Below, in pieces: positions 40,760 through 51,441 of a stretch of 64,000 bases of DNA. The stretch's first letter is position 1. Every line of letters begins with the position of its first letter. Source of the stretch: Alphaproteobacteria bacterium (GTDB lineage: Bacteria; Pseudomonadota; Alphaproteobacteria; UBA7887); the NCBI GenBank assembly GCA_965201155.1, contig OZ241752.1, forward strand, positions 328,755-392,754, in the 5' to 3' direction. The position numbers and the translations under genes are program-made. The notes beneath the pieces were generated by a model. The model did not search any database, was not told where the DNA came from, and saw nothing but the letters and a program-made list of their open reading frames with translations.

Positions 40760-42040
40760 TCACTCACCTTCGGCACGGGACGGATGCGGCGTCAGGCGAA
40801 GGCGGGTGATGCGGTTCGTCTCGCGCCCGACAACCTCGAAAACATAATCGGAGAGTGTGAACGTCGCGCCCACATCCGGAATTGTCTCGGCGAGGTTCAG
40901 GATCAGACCGGCTGCGGTAGAGGCTTCTTCGTCAGGCAGCCTGCTGTCCAGCGCACGGTTGAGGTCGCGAATGGTTACCGCGCCGTCGATAAGGAATGAA
41001 CCGTCAGTCTGGCGCTGGATCCCGCTGGTCGAAAGGTCGTAGGCGTCGTCATATTCATCGGCGATATCGCCCACGATTTCCTCGAGAATGTCTTCCAGGG
41101 TCACCAGGCCCTGCAAGGTTCCGTATTCGTCGACCACGAGCGCGAAATGCTCCCTGCGGGCACGGAACGCGGCCAGTTGTTCGGCCAGGCTGGTGGTGTC
41201 AGGCACAAATTTCGGCTTGTAGGCAAGTTCGAGTATGTCGTTGGTGTCGGGCGCCGCGTCGCGGCCATGAAGCGCGCGCAGCAAGGTTCTGGCGTGCAGT
41301 ATGCCGACAATGTTGTCCGGGTTGCCGCTCCACAGCGGAATGCGCGTGAAGGGGCTGTCGAGAGCAGCCGCAATCAGTTCATTCACCGGCAGATTGGCGT
41401 CGACGGTGGCCATGTTTTTTCGGTGTGTCATGATCTCCCCGACCTCGACTTCGGCCAGGTCGAGAATGCTTCGCAACATGTCACGATAATGTTTGCGAAC
41501 GCGTCCTTCCCGTGCGTGGAGATCGAATATCCCGCGTAATTCCTCGGTGGCGGAGGGGGCGTTTTCGGCCGTCGCAGGGCCGAAAGCGCGCAGGATGAGA
41601 TCTACCAGCCGATGAACGAGACGAATGACGGGAGCCAGCACCGCCACCAGCACGCGAAGACCCGGCGCAACCTGGAGGGCCGCCCGGTCTGATGCCCGGA
41701 TAGCGAAGGTCTTCGGCAGCACCTCGCAAAACACGAACACCAACAGCGTCATGGAAACGGTGGCGTACACGACACCCGACTCGCCGAACAGGCCGATCAT
41801 CAGACTGGTGGCAAGCGCAGACGCGAGGATGTTGACCGCGTTGTTGCCGAGCAGGATCGCGCCGATAAGGGACTCTCGCCGATCGATGAGGCGCCCGGCC
41901 AGGCGGGCGCGCCTGTCTCCGTTTTCCGCAAGCTGGTGGAGATGCGGGCGCGAAGCAGCTGTGAGCGCAGTTTCGGACCCCGAAAAGAATGCCGACAGCA
42001 GAAGCAGGATCAGGATTGCGGCGAGCGTGAGCAGAATCAC
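40760..42040 (-). CDS. HlyC/CorC family transporter (DUF21-CBS pair-CorC_HlyC)
   Basis: N-terminal four-TM DUF21, tandem CBS domains and a C-terminal CorC_HlyC domain. 426 aa. Confidence 0.8.
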   Translation of the reverse strand: MILLTLAAILILLLLSAFFSGSETALTAASRPHLHQLAENGDRRARLAGRLIDRRESLIGAILLGNNAVNILASALATSLMIGLFGESGVVYATVSMTLLVFVFCEVLPKTFAIRASDRAALQVAPGLRVLVAVLAPVIRLVHRLVDLILRAFGPATAENAPSATEELRGIFDLHAREGRVRKHYRDMLRSILDLAEVEVGEIMTHRKNMATVDANLPVNELIAAALDSPFTRIPLWSGNPDNIVGILHARTLLRALHGRDAAPDTNDILELAYKPKFVPDTTSLAEQLAAFRARREHFALVVDEYGTLQGLVTLEDILEEIVGDIADEYDDAYDLSTSGIQRQTDGSFLIDGAVTIRDLNRALDSRLPDEEASTAAGLILNLAETIPDVGATFTLSDYVFEVVGRETNRITRLRLTPHPSRAEGE

Positions 42041-42065
42041 GGAGTTTGCCAGATTTCTGTGGGGC

Positions 42066-43187
42066 TCAGGGTTGCAGCGCTGCTTCCAGTACGGACAATA
42101 TATCGGTATCGGCCGCGTCGCGATAAAGGAAGGCTTTCCCGATCCCGTGCACGAGTATCAGGGTGGGGCGGCCATCGCGCACTTTCTTGTCGAAGGCCAT
42201 ATGGGCAAGCAGGTCGCGGGCGCACCAGCGGCCTGCCAGTTGCTGCGGCGGCGCCGCAGGCAGGCCGACCGCCGCAAAGTGTCTGAGCACACGGCGTTGT
42301 TCCACCGGCGGACAAAATCCGAGTTTGACCGACAGGTCAAACGCCATGGCAGTTCCCATGGCAACCGCTTCGCCGTGCACGAGAGCGTCACCGTAACCTG
42401 CTTCACGCTCCAGCGCATGGCCGAACGTGTGGCCGAGATTGAGCAGGGCGCGGCGCCCGGTTTCCCGTTCGTCTTCCGCAACAACCCTTGCCTTGGCTCC
42501 GCAGCAGGCGGCGATAACGTGGACGCGTTCCGCGGCGCCTCCCGCAAGAAAGGCGGCCGCATGGTCTTCCAGCCAATCGAAGAAGTCCGGATCATCGATC
42601 AACGCATATTTGACGCATTCGGCGTAGCCGGCCAGCCGCTCGCGGGCCGGCAACGTATCCAGCGTGTCGATATCGGCGAGGACACAGCGCGGTTGGAGGA
42701 ACGCCCCGATGAGGTTCTTCCCGTGAACGGAGTTGACGCCGGTCTTGCCGCCGACGGAGCTGTCAATCTGTGCAAGCAGTGTTGTCGGAGCCTGGATGAA
42801 GTCGATTCCGCGGAGCGTAACCGCAGCCGCCACGCCCGCAAGGTCGCCAACGACCCCTCCTCCGAGTGCAATGACGGCGTCCCGGCGTTCGATGCGCTCT
42901 GCCAGCAGTGATTCGACCAGCTTGCCAAGTGCGTCCCAGGACTTGGTAGCCTCGCCGACCGGAACAACATGGGTACTGACGGCAAAGCCCGCACTTTCGA
43001 GGCTGGCACGCAGCGGTTCGAGGTACAGCAGAGCAACATTTTCGTCGGTCACGATCGCTGCGCGCCGCCCCGAAAGGACCGGCGCAAGCAATGGCCCGGC
43101 ACGCCCGAGGATGCCGCTGCCGATCACGATATCGTAGCCGCGCGCGCCGAGATCGACGCGAACGATACGCGGCGAAGGACCGCTCAT
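42066..43187 (-). CDS. aroB: 3-dehydroquinate synthase
   Basis: DHQS family motifs (GGGVVGDLAG, …HGEAVAMG…). Overlaps aroK. Confidence 0.9.
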   Translation of the reverse strand: MSGPSPRIVRVDLGARGYDIVIGSGILGRAGPLLAPVLSGRRAAIVTDENVALLYLEPLRASLESAGFAVSTHVVPVGEATKSWDALGKLVESLLAERIERRDAVIALGGGVVGDLAGVAAAVTLRGIDFIQAPTTLLAQIDSSVGGKTGVNSVHGKNLIGAFLQPRCVLADIDTLDTLPARERLAGYAECVKYALIDDPDFFDWLEDHAAAFLAGGAAERVHVIAACCGAKARVVAEDERETGRRALLNLGHTFGHALEREAGYGDALVHGEAVAMGTAMAFDLSVKLGFCPPVEQRRVLRHFAAVGLPAAPPQQLAGRWCARDLLAHMAFDKKVRDGRPTLILVHGIGKAFLYRDAADTDILSVLEAALQP

Positions 43188-43744
43188 CGCGTGTTGGCGT
43201 GGTCGGTTGCGTATGCGTTGCGCAGCGCTGCGAGGATCTTGTTCACCATGGAGTCATGCGGCCCGTCGGCGCATTCGACGGTGATGTCGGCCTCAGCATA
43301 GACGGGATAACGCGTTTCAATGAGCGATTCGAGTATGGCGCGCGGATCTCCCGTGGCCAGCAGGGGGCGCGTGTTGCGCCGCGTGACACGCCCGAGCAGC
43401 AGGTTGATATCGGCCTTCAGCCAGATAGACAATGCGTTTTGCGCAATCAGTCGGCGGGTGTCGCCATTCATGAACGCTCCGCCGCCGGTGGCCAGAACCA
43501 ATCCTTGCCGTGACAGAAGCTCGGCGATGACGCGGCGTTCCTCGGCGCGAAAGCGGTCTTCACCCATTCTCTCGAAAATATCTGAAACCGACATACCTGC
43601 CAGGGTTTCGATTTCGCGGTCGGCATCGACAAAAGGGCGTCCGAGACGTTCGGCCAGACGCTTCCCTACGCTGGTCTTGCCCGCACCCATAAGGCCCACC
43701 AGAACCAGTGTGGTATCATCCAGTGCGCAGGGTAAGTCGTCCAT
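43184..43744 (-). CDS. aroK: Shikimate kinase
   Basis: Walker A GLMGAGKTSVG. Start reset to the ATG at 43744; the ORF-track start at 43849 adds 35 non-homologous residues. Confidence 0.85.
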   Translation of the reverse strand: MDDLPCALDDTTLVLVGLMGAGKTSVGKRLAERLGRPFVDADREIETLAGMSVSDIFERMGEDRFRAEERRVIAELLSRQGLVLATGGGAFMNGDTRRLIAQNALSIWLKADINLLLGRVTRRNTRPLLATGDPRAILESLIETRYPVYAEADITVECADGPHDSMVNKILAALRNAYATDHANTR

Positions 43745-44016
43745 GACGGTTCCGCTCCCGGCGCGGGGGCGCCGCTGCTGCGTTGAATCGCCGAACCCCT
43801 GCCGATAGACTGCGCGTGCTTCGACCCGACTATAGCACAGTCTGCGCAAACGGGTTCAACGGATTCCCCTTGAGGACCGACACGCCGCTAAGCTCATGTC
43901 TACCCTAAGGCGCCTTATCGCATTGCTGATTCTTGTTCTACTCGCCGGGGGCGGCTATTTTCTCACGACGTGGGACATTCCGGCTCCTACGCAGCGTGTG
44001 GAAAAGCCCATTCCCG

Positions 44017-45777
44017 ATGACCGTTTGCCGCGCTAGAGCTTTCTCCGCTACGCGCCGCTTGGCGGGGGTTGGCGCATTGTTATGGGTGGGTGCTGCTGCG
44101 GCTGCCGCGCAGGACGCCGGAACACCGGTCCAACTGGTGCCGCCGGGAACTGATACCGGCGAGGAGTCACGCCCCGCGGAGCGCGCTTCGCCGGGCGGGG
44201 TCACGATCGGCAGGATCGCGCCACTATCCAGTGACGCCGCGGGAGCAGTAGGCAGCGGCGTTTTTGGCGCCGATTTGTGGCAGGGAAGCAGTGACATTCG
44301 CCTGTCGGACCTGATGGACCGGCTGCCGCTGCCAGCGCGCTCACCGGTGATGCAGAGCCTGATGCGGCGGCTCTTGGCCAGCGCCGCGGCGCCGGCACCC
44401 GGTGAATTGGCGGAGGGCGACTTTGTCGCCCGGCGGTTGGCGCTGCTGTTGCAGCTTGGAGCATTTGAAGAGGCCGGACAGATCGCCGAACTGGCCGGCG
44501 AGCCGGCAGGGTCGTGGTCGCAAGCCGAAGCGCTGCTCTGGCGCGGCGAATTGGAACGGGCATGCCATATTGTCGGCACAGCGCTCACATCGCAGCCCTC
44601 GCGGCAATGGCGCCGCGTACTGGTTCTGTGTCAAGCCCATCAGGGCAATGTTGCCGCGGCGGAATTGACCTTGACCCTGCTTTATGATGATCCGGCGGGG
44701 GTGGACGACAGCTATTTGCCGATTGCCTCCCATTTGCTTGGACATATTGAGGTCGAGGCGGCAGTTCTCGACGATGCAGTGAGCTTCGCTGCGAGCCTTG
44801 CCGGCAGCGCGCCGTTGGACAGCGGCGCAATCTCGGGTCTCGGTCCCGCCGCAGCGCGCGCATTGGCGCTCTACACCAACGCGCCTGAGGATGTGCGCGT
44901 GGCTGCAGCAGAGCGTGCTGCAGCACTCGGTTCACTGTCACCGGAGGAACTCGGCGAAGTCTGGCGCTTGCCGGCTTTTACGGAAGACACTTTGCGCAGC
45001 GTTGATCCAGCAAACCCTGCACGCGGCGAAGCGGAACTCGCCGGCCCCATGGCCCGCGCGTTGCTTTATCAAGGCGCCGGCTTTGCCGAGGATAACGCCC
45101 TGCGCACCGAATTGCTGCAGGCGTTGTGGTCGTCCGCACCCGACGCGCCAGGACTGTCTGCATTTGCCGGCGCGTCCCTCGTGTCGGCGCTGACCTTGAC
45201 CCCGGATGGCAGCAGCCCATCCTTCGCAGCCTTGGCCATACGCGCGCTGGCCGCAACCGGGCGGGGTGATGCTGCAGCGACATGGTATCGCGCGCTGGCC
45301 GGGTCGCAGGAAACCGACGGCACGGGGGCACTGTGGCACGGCCTGCCGGTGATCGCGGTTTTCGGAGCAGATAACGGTGTGATGTGGAACACGGACACCG
45401 CCATTCAATGGTGGAACGGCGCACCGTCTGATGTCTCACCGGAGGCGCACGCCATCAGGGCTGATCGGGTGTTCATGGTTCTTGATGCGTTGGGGCATAA
45501 CCCTGGCGAAGCGGCGTGGGCGCTGTTTTTCGATGGGCCGCGCGATATCGAGGCAACCATGCCGCATATCGGCCTGCGTTACGCCCTGCGCGATGCGGTG
45601 CGGGGGCGGCGAACCGGCGAAGCCTTGTTGCTGGCGTTGATCGTGCTCGGCGAGGAAGGGCCCGCGGGCGCCAGCGCCATAGCCGTCGGATCTGTCATTC
45701 GCGCCCTTCGCGCTATCGGCCTCCCGGAAGATGCTCGGGCCATTGCTGTTGAGGCATTGGCTGGAGATCATTGGTGA
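44017..45777 (+). CDS. Conserved hypothetical secreted Ala-rich protein upstream of xerD
   Basis: Signal peptide MTVCRARAFSATRRLAGVGALLWVGAAAAAAQD from the ATG at 44017. 586 aa, helical and Ala/Leu-rich. No recognisable catalytic motif. Confidence 0.5.
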   Translation: MTVCRARAFSATRRLAGVGALLWVGAAAAAAQDAGTPVQLVPPGTDTGEESRPAERASPGGVTIGRIAPLSSDAAGAVGSGVFGADLWQGSSDIRLSDLMDRLPLPARSPVMQSLMRRLLASAAAPAPGELAEGDFVARRLALLLQLGAFEEAGQIAELAGEPAGSWSQAEALLWRGELERACHIVGTALTSQPSRQWRRVLVLCQAHQGNVAAAELTLTLLYDDPAGVDDSYLPIASHLLGHIEVEAAVLDDAVSFAASLAGSAPLDSGAISGLGPAAARALALYTNAPEDVRVAAAERAAALGSLSPEELGEVWRLPAFTEDTLRSVDPANPARGEAELAGPMARALLYQGAGFAEDNALRTELLQALWSSAPDAPGLSAFAGASLVSALTLTPDGSSPSFAALAIRALAATGRGDAAATWYRALAGSQETDGTGALWHGLPVIAVFGADNGVMWNTDTAIQWWNGAPSDVSPEAHAIRADRVFMVLDALGHNPGEAAWALFFDGPRDIEATMPHIGLRYALRDAVRGRRTGEALLLALIVLGEEGPAGASAIAVGSVIRALRAIGLPEDARAIAVEALAGDHW

Positions 45778-46706
45778 GCTTTCCGGCCGGCGCGTCGGTC
45801 GAAGATTTTCTCGCCATGATGGTCGCCGAACGCGGCGCCGCCGAAAACACGGTGGAGTCCTACCGCCGTGACCTTGACGACGCCGCGGCTTTTATGGGCG
45901 AACTGGCAGGTGTGAACCAGGAGGCGCTGACACGCTACCTGCGCGGCCTGACAAAACGGGGCATGACGCCGCGTACCGTGGCGCGGCGTCTCTCGTGTCT
46001 GCGGCAGTATTTCGGTTTCCTGGTGGACGAAGGATTGCGTGCGGACGATCCCACGGCGACCATCGACGCGCCCAAGCTTGGCCGGACCTTGCCCAGGGCG
46101 CTCAACGAGGAAGAAGTGAACCGCCTACTCGGGGCGGCGCGCCATCGCACCGGACCCCAAGGCCTGCGCCTGCGGGCGCTGGTGGAGTTGCTGTACGCTA
46201 CCGGGCTGCGCGTCTCGGAACTGGTGGGTTTGTCGATGTCAGCATGTTCCGGGGACGCGCGGCTGCTATTGGTCCGGGGCAAAGGCGGCAAGGAACGGTT
46301 TGTCCCCATTGGCGAAGCGGCAGGGGAGGCGTTGAGCGCCTACCTCGATATTCGCGAGCGGATTTTTCTTCGCAGCAAGACGAGTCCCTGGATGTTTCCG
46401 TCGCGCGGCAATGGCGGTCATCTGACCCGGCACCGATTTGCCCAGATGCTGAAGGAACTGGCTGTTGAAGCCGGCCTCGACCCTGGCACCGTGTCCCCCC
46501 ATGTGTTGCGCCACGCCTTTGCCACGCATCTTCTGGCTAACGGCGCCAATTTGCGCAGCGTGCAGTTGATGTTGGGCCATGCCGACATTTCGACCACACA
46601 GATCTACACGCACATACTGGATGAACGCCTGAAGGCGCTTGTGCACGAACATCATCCCCTGGCGCGCCGCGAAGACGCCGCGCAGCACGGCGTCGCCGAC
46701 GCATGA
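45771..46706 (+). CDS. xerD: Site-specific tyrosine recombinase XerD
   Basis: …HVLRHAFATHLL…LGHADISTTQIYTH… with the catalytic Tyr. 311 aa. Chromosomal context (xerD-accA). Confidence 0.85.
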   Translation: MVSFPAGASVEDFLAMMVAERGAAENTVESYRRDLDDAAAFMGELAGVNQEALTRYLRGLTKRGMTPRTVARRLSCLRQYFGFLVDEGLRADDPTATIDAPKLGRTLPRALNEEEVNRLLGAARHRTGPQGLRLRALVELLYATGLRVSELVGLSMSACSGDARLLLVRGKGGKERFVPIGEAAGEALSAYLDIRERIFLRSKTSPWMFPSRGNGGHLTRHRFAQMLKELAVEAGLDPGTVSPHVLRHAFATHLLANGANLRSVQLMLGHADISTTQIYTHILDERLKALVHEHHPLARREDAAQHGVADA

Positions 46707-46715
46707 CTTCATCCT

Positions 46716-46747
46716 CCGGCGCCCGGCCCCGCGCCGGTTATTTGTGG
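46716..46747 (+). terminator. Rho-independent terminator candidate after xerD (ccggcgc-ccggcccc-gcgccgg + ttatttgtgg)
   Basis: 7-bp GC stem, 8-nt loop and a T-rich tail, read directly from the sequence. Confidence 0.5.
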
Positions 46748-46905
46748 TCTCGACAAGAGTTCCGGCATATGGCGGGATGTTGAATGCCGTTGCAGCGGGA
46801 AGAAAGGGTTATTGTCTCCGCTTGCGCCGCCGCCTTGATATCTTGTGTGAGCCTTGTGGCGTATCAGCCCTTTACTCCAGGGCAAAATCGTACTATATGG
46901 CAGTC

Positions 46906-47862
46906 ATGAACAGTTTTCTCGATTTTGAGCGGCCGATTGCGCTGCTGGAAGGCAAGATCAAGGAACTCAGGCATCTGAGCGACGACGGTGGTTTCAACAT
47001 CGTCGAGGAAATCTCGCGCCTTCAATCACAGGCGGAGCACTTGCTGCGGCAAACCTACAGCAAGCTCACGCCGTGGCAAAAAACTCAGGTTGCCCGGCAT
47101 ACCGACCGACCGCGTTTCAGTGATTATGTGGAGGCGCTGACGGCCGACTTCATGCCGCTCGCGGGCGACCGGGCGTTCGGGGACGACAGCGCTATCGTTG
47201 CCGGGCTGGGGCGTTTTCGCGGTTTCACCACCGTGCTGATCGGGCATGAGAAGGGAGCCGATACCGAAAGCCGCGTCAGACATAATTTCGGCATGGCGCG
47301 GCCCGAAGGGTATCGCAAGGCCGTGCGTGCCATGAATTTTGCAGAACATTATGGTCTGCCGGTGATTTCCCTGGTTGACACACCCGGTGCCTATCCGGGC
47401 GTCGGGGCGGAGGAACGCGGCCAGTCGGAAGCGATCGCGCGATCGATCGAAAAGTGCCTTGATCTTCGTGTGCCGCTGATCAGCGTGATTATCGGCGAAG
47501 GAGGGTCCGGAGGAGCAATCGCACTGGCGGCGGCAAACCATGTGGCAATGCTGGAAAACGCGGTTTATTCGGTGATTTCGCCGGAAGGCTGCGCATCCAT
47601 CCTATGGCGTAGCGCGGACAAGGCGCGGGAAGCGGCCGAAGCCCTACGCATGACGGCAGAAGACTTGCAGACACTGGGAATTATCGACACCATTGTACCG
47701 GAACTGGTGGGCGGGGCGCATCGCGACCCCGGCAAGGTGATCACGGCCGTGGGCGACGAGGTCGAGCGTGTCATGCTTGAACTGATCGATGTTTCCGGTG
47801 GCGAACTGCGAGCACAGCGACGCGAGAAATTCATGTCCATGGGGCAGCACCGACTGGCGTGA
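46906..47862 (+). CDS. accA: Acetyl-CoA carboxylase carboxyltransferase alpha subunit
   Basis: The MNSFLDFERPIALLEGKIKELRHL start is typical of AccA. ~318 aa. An alternative ATG lies at 46897. Confidence 0.9.
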   Translation: MNSFLDFERPIALLEGKIKELRHLSDDGGFNIVEEISRLQSQAEHLLRQTYSKLTPWQKTQVARHTDRPRFSDYVEALTADFMPLAGDRAFGDDSAIVAGLGRFRGFTTVLIGHEKGADTESRVRHNFGMARPEGYRKAVRAMNFAEHYGLPVISLVDTPGAYPGVGAEERGQSEAIARSIEKCLDLRVPLISVIIGEGGSGGAIALAAANHVAMLENAVYSVISPEGCASILWRSADKAREAAEALRMTAEDLQTLGIIDTIVPELVGGAHRDPGKVITAVGDEVERVMLELIDVSGGELRAQRREKFMSMGQHRLA

Positions 47863-47936
47863 CGCTCCGCCGGTGCCGAGGCGCCTCTCCCACCCCTCTG
47901 GCAGTCAATACCTGAACGGGATTTTTCCCGGGCAAG

Positions 47937-48104
47937 TTATTTTATTTTGCCTTCCTTGTAGAGCACGTGCTTGCGCGCAACCGGATCATATTTCTTTATT
48001 TCAAACTTCCCCGTCATATTCTTCGGATTCTTGCGGGTGACATAAAAATGCCCGGTTCCCGCGGTCGAATTCAAACGAATCTTGAGCGTTGTCGGTTTGG
48101 CCAT
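47937..48104 (-). CDS. rpmG: 50S ribosomal protein L33
   Basis: [55 protein letters not shown], 55 aa, typical L33. Confidence 0.9.
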   Translation of the reverse strand: MAKPTTLKIRLNSTAGTGHFYVTRKNPKNMTGKFEIKKYDPVARKHVLYKEGKIK

Positions 48105-48218
48105 CGAAATTGCCGGGGCTGATCCCCGCCTCCCTTGGATACGCAGCGCACGGATAACGGCGCGAAAAATGGGGTTCGTCTCGGGGCTTGTCAAGCCATA
48201 TCCGACTGACCGGTCAAC

Positions 48219-49364
48219 TCAACTCGGCGCAGGCCGGCGCAGCATGACCCCGCCATAAAGCGCAAACGCCGCCGCGCATGCTGCGAGTGCCGGCATCATC
48301 CCGTGAGGCGGCCATGCCTCCATCGCCGCGCCGGCGATGGCGGGCCCGGCGATGCTGCCCACGCCGTAGGCGAACGTAAGACCCACATTGGCGGCGGCCA
48401 GATCGGTCCCGCGAAAGCGCGCGCCGAGCAGCGCCATCGCAACCAGCCACAGGGCGCCCAGCACCCCGCCCAGCCAGAATAACGCGGCATACAGCGCCGT
48501 GACCGACCCGGAAAAGGCCGGAAGCAGGGCGATGACGAGTGCGCTCACACCGGCACACGCAACAACAATACGGTGCCGATCCAGTCGATCCACTAGCCAC
48601 CCGAACGGCAGCATGAGCACCAGCCCGCCAAGCGCCAGCGCGGTTATGAGGCTTGCTGCCCTGACGTCATCAAAGCCGAGACCCAGGCCGTAAACCGTAA
48701 GCATGGCTATCAAACCGCCATCGGCGAGTCCGAACAGTGCGGCCGCGCCGACCGCGACCGGCAGCGCCGCCATATAGCCGGTGAAACTGAAGGAAAGCGC
48801 GCCGCCTATGCGCGGCGCCGTGCCGACCGCCAGGGTCAGTATCGCGATGCCCGACAGCGCCACCCCCGCGCCTGCAAGGAACGGTAATGCGCCTTCCGTG
48901 CCGGTAACGCGGATAAGAAGCGGTCCGAACGCGAACCCGCCCGCGAGAGCGGTGGTGTAGGCAGCCATGACGCGCCCCCGTATGGAATCACCCACCGCCT
49001 GATTGACCCACGTTTCCGTGGCGACGAACAACAGCCCTTCGGCTGCGCCGAACAGGAAGCGCAGGACCAGCCATGTTCCGAACGCCGTCGCCGCCGTCAT
49101 GACCGCCAAGGCAAGCGCGATTGCGCCCAACGCCGCCATCATCACCGGCAATAGTCCGAAACGCGGAATAAGTCGCGGTGCCAGGGGCGCGCCGGCCATG
49201 ATGCCGAGAAACTGGGCTGTGGCGTTCAGCCCGATCAGCGTCTCGCCAAACTCGCGCCGTTCCAGGGTCACGGCAATCAGCGGCATTGCCAGGCCAATGC
49301 TCATGCCCAGCATCGCGGCAGCAACAATTGCCGCCGCAAGGCCGCGCAGTGTACTCAGCGCCAC
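48219..49364 (-). CDS. MFS transporter
   Basis: ~12 predicted hydrophobic helices and an Ala/Gly/Leu-rich composition typical of MFS. 381 aa. Confidence 0.65.
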   Translation of the reverse strand: MALSTLRGLAAAIVAAAMLGMSIGLAMPLIAVTLERREFGETLIGLNATAQFLGIMAGAPLAPRLIPRFGLLPVMMAALGAIALALAVMTAATAFGTWLVLRFLFGAAEGLLFVATETWVNQAVGDSIRGRVMAAYTTALAGGFAFGPLLIRVTGTEGALPFLAGAGVALSGIAILTLAVGTAPRIGGALSFSFTGYMAALPVAVGAAALFGLADGGLIAMLTVYGLGLGFDDVRAASLITALALGGLVLMLPFGWLVDRLDRHRIVVACAGVSALVIALLPAFSGSVTALYAALFWLGGVLGALWLVAMALLGARFRGTDLAAANVGLTFAYGVGSIAGPAIAGAAMEAWPPHGMMPALAACAAAFALYGGVMLRRPAPS

Positions 49365-51439
49365 GGCGCCGCGCGCGACTCGAGCGAAAAACGCAATGTG
49401 CCGCGAATTGCGTCCGCTTCTTCCAGAACCACCCGCAGCGGCGCGCCGAGGCCGAACGCGGCGCCGCTTCGTTCACCCACAAGACGATGCCCGGTGTTGT
49501 CATGGTGCATGCGCTCGGAAAAGCTCCGCATCGGCACAAGACCCTCGGCGCCCGTTTCGTTCAGCGCGATGAAAAGACCGAACCGGGTGACGCCTACCAC
49601 ACGCGCGTCGAAAGCGGCTCCTACCCGTTCGGCGAGAAACCGGGTCGCCAGTCGGTCGACAGCCTCGCGCTCGGCCGCCGCCGCGCGGCGCTCCGCTCGC
49701 GAGAGCGCATCGCCAATGTCGGCAAGTATCTCCACGGATTGCGCCTCGCCGCCATCTGTCCCCAGGCCCAGTGTCTGAATCAGGACCCGATGAACAAGCA
49801 GGTCCGCATAGCGGCGAATCGGCGAGGTAAAATGCGCATAGCGCCGCAAATTCAGCCCGAAGTGACCAATATTACGCGGGTTGTATTCCGCCTGCGACTG
49901 GGCGCGCAGTACGGCCAGCGCCAGCGCTTGCTCTTCAGGCCGCCCGCGCGACCGCGTCAGAATTCCATTGATCTGCCCGGACGTAACCCGCCGCCCCCGC
50001 GCCAGCCTGTAACCCAGCCCGGCAAGGTGGCCGCGGAGTTCTTCCAGCTTTTCGAGCGGTGGCTGGTCATGAATACGGAACAGGCACGGCGAAGCGTGCT
50101 GCACGAGCGTTTCCGCAGCAGCGACATTGGCCGCGATCATGAATTCCTCGATCAGCCGGTGGCTGTCATAGCGCGGACGCGGCGTGATGGCACGGACGGC
50201 GCCAGAGTGGTCAAACAGGACTCTCCGCTCCGGCAGGTCGAAATCCAGCGTACCGCGTGTCTCGCGCGCCCGTTTCAGCGCTCCGAACGCGCCGAACAGC
50301 CCCGCCAGCGCCGGATCTTGCGGCCCGCGCATCTCCACTTCGCGATAGGTGAGACGCGCCGCCGAGCGCATCAGCACCCGCTCGAAACGGTGGCGCCGCA
50401 CCGCGCCGCCAGTGTCCACCCACAAATGAGCAGCCACCCCGGCACGCTCTTCACCCGGCCTCAGCGAGCATAACCCATTGGACAGTGCCTCGGGCAGCAT
50501 CGGCACCACCCGGTCCGGCAGATAGATGGAATTTCCCCGTTTGGCCGCTTCTCGGTCGAGGGCGCTGCCGGGCCGGACATAATGTGCGACATCGGCAATG
50601 GCGACCACGATGTACCACCCCTCCTTCGCGGGCGCGGCCCACACCGCGTCGTCGAAATCACGCGCATCCTCGTCGTCTATGGTTACCAGCGGCAAATCAC
50701 GCAAGTCGGTGCGCCCGTCCGGCTGCGGGGGGCTGGCAGCGGCCGCTTCCGCCAGTGCGCCACGTGAAAACTCCTGCGGAATATCGTGCCGCCGCAGCAC
50801 CAGCAGCGACGCCGCGCCCGGACTGTCGAAAGAGCCGATGACTTCGGTGACGCGACCACTCCCCGCGCGCGCACTTTCGACAACCACCAGATCGCCGGCG
50901 CTGGCGCTCCCGTCTGCCCCGTCAGCAATACGCAGGCCGCTTCGCCCGCGGCGTTCGACCGAACGGACGTAACCGCCGCCCTCCCGCGCGCGGCCATACA
51001 CCCCCACCAGGCGCCGCGGTCGGTGGTCGATAACGCGAATGACCTCGACGCCGCCGCCGCGCTGCCGCACCAATACCCGGTCACCAATTCCTGGCGCCCC
51101 TTGCCGCCGCCGCGACGGCGCCACGGAAAGCAGCGGCACCGGTTCTGCGCTGCGCCAGTCCGCCGGCGCTGCCAGCGGCTCGCCATCCTTGCCAAGCGCA
51201 GTGATTTCAGCCACGAACACAGGCGGCAGCACACCGGGACGGGCCAGCCTGCGTCCATGCTTCACCAATTGGCCGTCATCAGCCATCTCTCGCAACAGGC
51301 GTTTCAGGTCGGCGCGCCCCGCGCCCGTGATGTTGAAGGCACGGGCGATTTCACGCTTGCCGGCGCGGCCCGGCGCCGTTTCCAGAAACGCCGCAATCTC
51401 CGCGCGCGTTGGCAAGCGGGCGGCAGGGCGCCCCGGCAT
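49355..51439 (-). CDS. rnr: Ribonuclease R (VacB/RNB family 3'-5' exoribonuclease)
   Basis: N-terminal HTH/cold-shock region, an RNB catalytic domain and a C-terminal S1 domain. 694 aa. Confidence 0.85.
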   Translation of the reverse strand: MPGRPAARLPTRAEIAAFLETAPGRAGKREIARAFNITGAGRADLKRLLREMADDGQLVKHGRRLARPGVLPPVFVAEITALGKDGEPLAAPADWRSAEPVPLLSVAPSRRRQGAPGIGDRVLVRQRGGGVEVIRVIDHRPRRLVGVYGRAREGGGYVRSVERRGRSGLRIADGADGSASAGDLVVVESARAGSGRVTEVIGSFDSPGAASLLVLRRHDIPQEFSRGALAEAAAASPPQPDGRTDLRDLPLVTIDDEDARDFDDAVWAAPAKEGWYIVVAIADVAHYVRPGSALDREAAKRGNSIYLPDRVVPMLPEALSNGLCSLRPGEERAGVAAHLWVDTGGAVRRHRFERVLMRSAARLTYREVEMRGPQDPALAGLFGAFGALKRARETRGTLDFDLPERRVLFDHSGAVRAITPRPRYDSHRLIEEFMIAANVAAAETLVQHASPCLFRIHDQPPLEKLEELRGHLAGLGYRLARGRRVTSGQINGILTRSRGRPEEQALALAVLRAQSQAEYNPRNIGHFGLNLRRYAHFTSPIRRYADLLVHRVLIQTLGLGTDGGEAQSVEILADIGDALSRAERRAAAAEREAVDRLATRFLAERVGAAFDARVVGVTRFGLFIALNETGAEGLVPMRSFSERMHHDNTGHRLVGERSGAAFGLGAPLRVVLEEADAIRGTLRFSLESRAAPWR

Positions 51440-51441
51440 CG

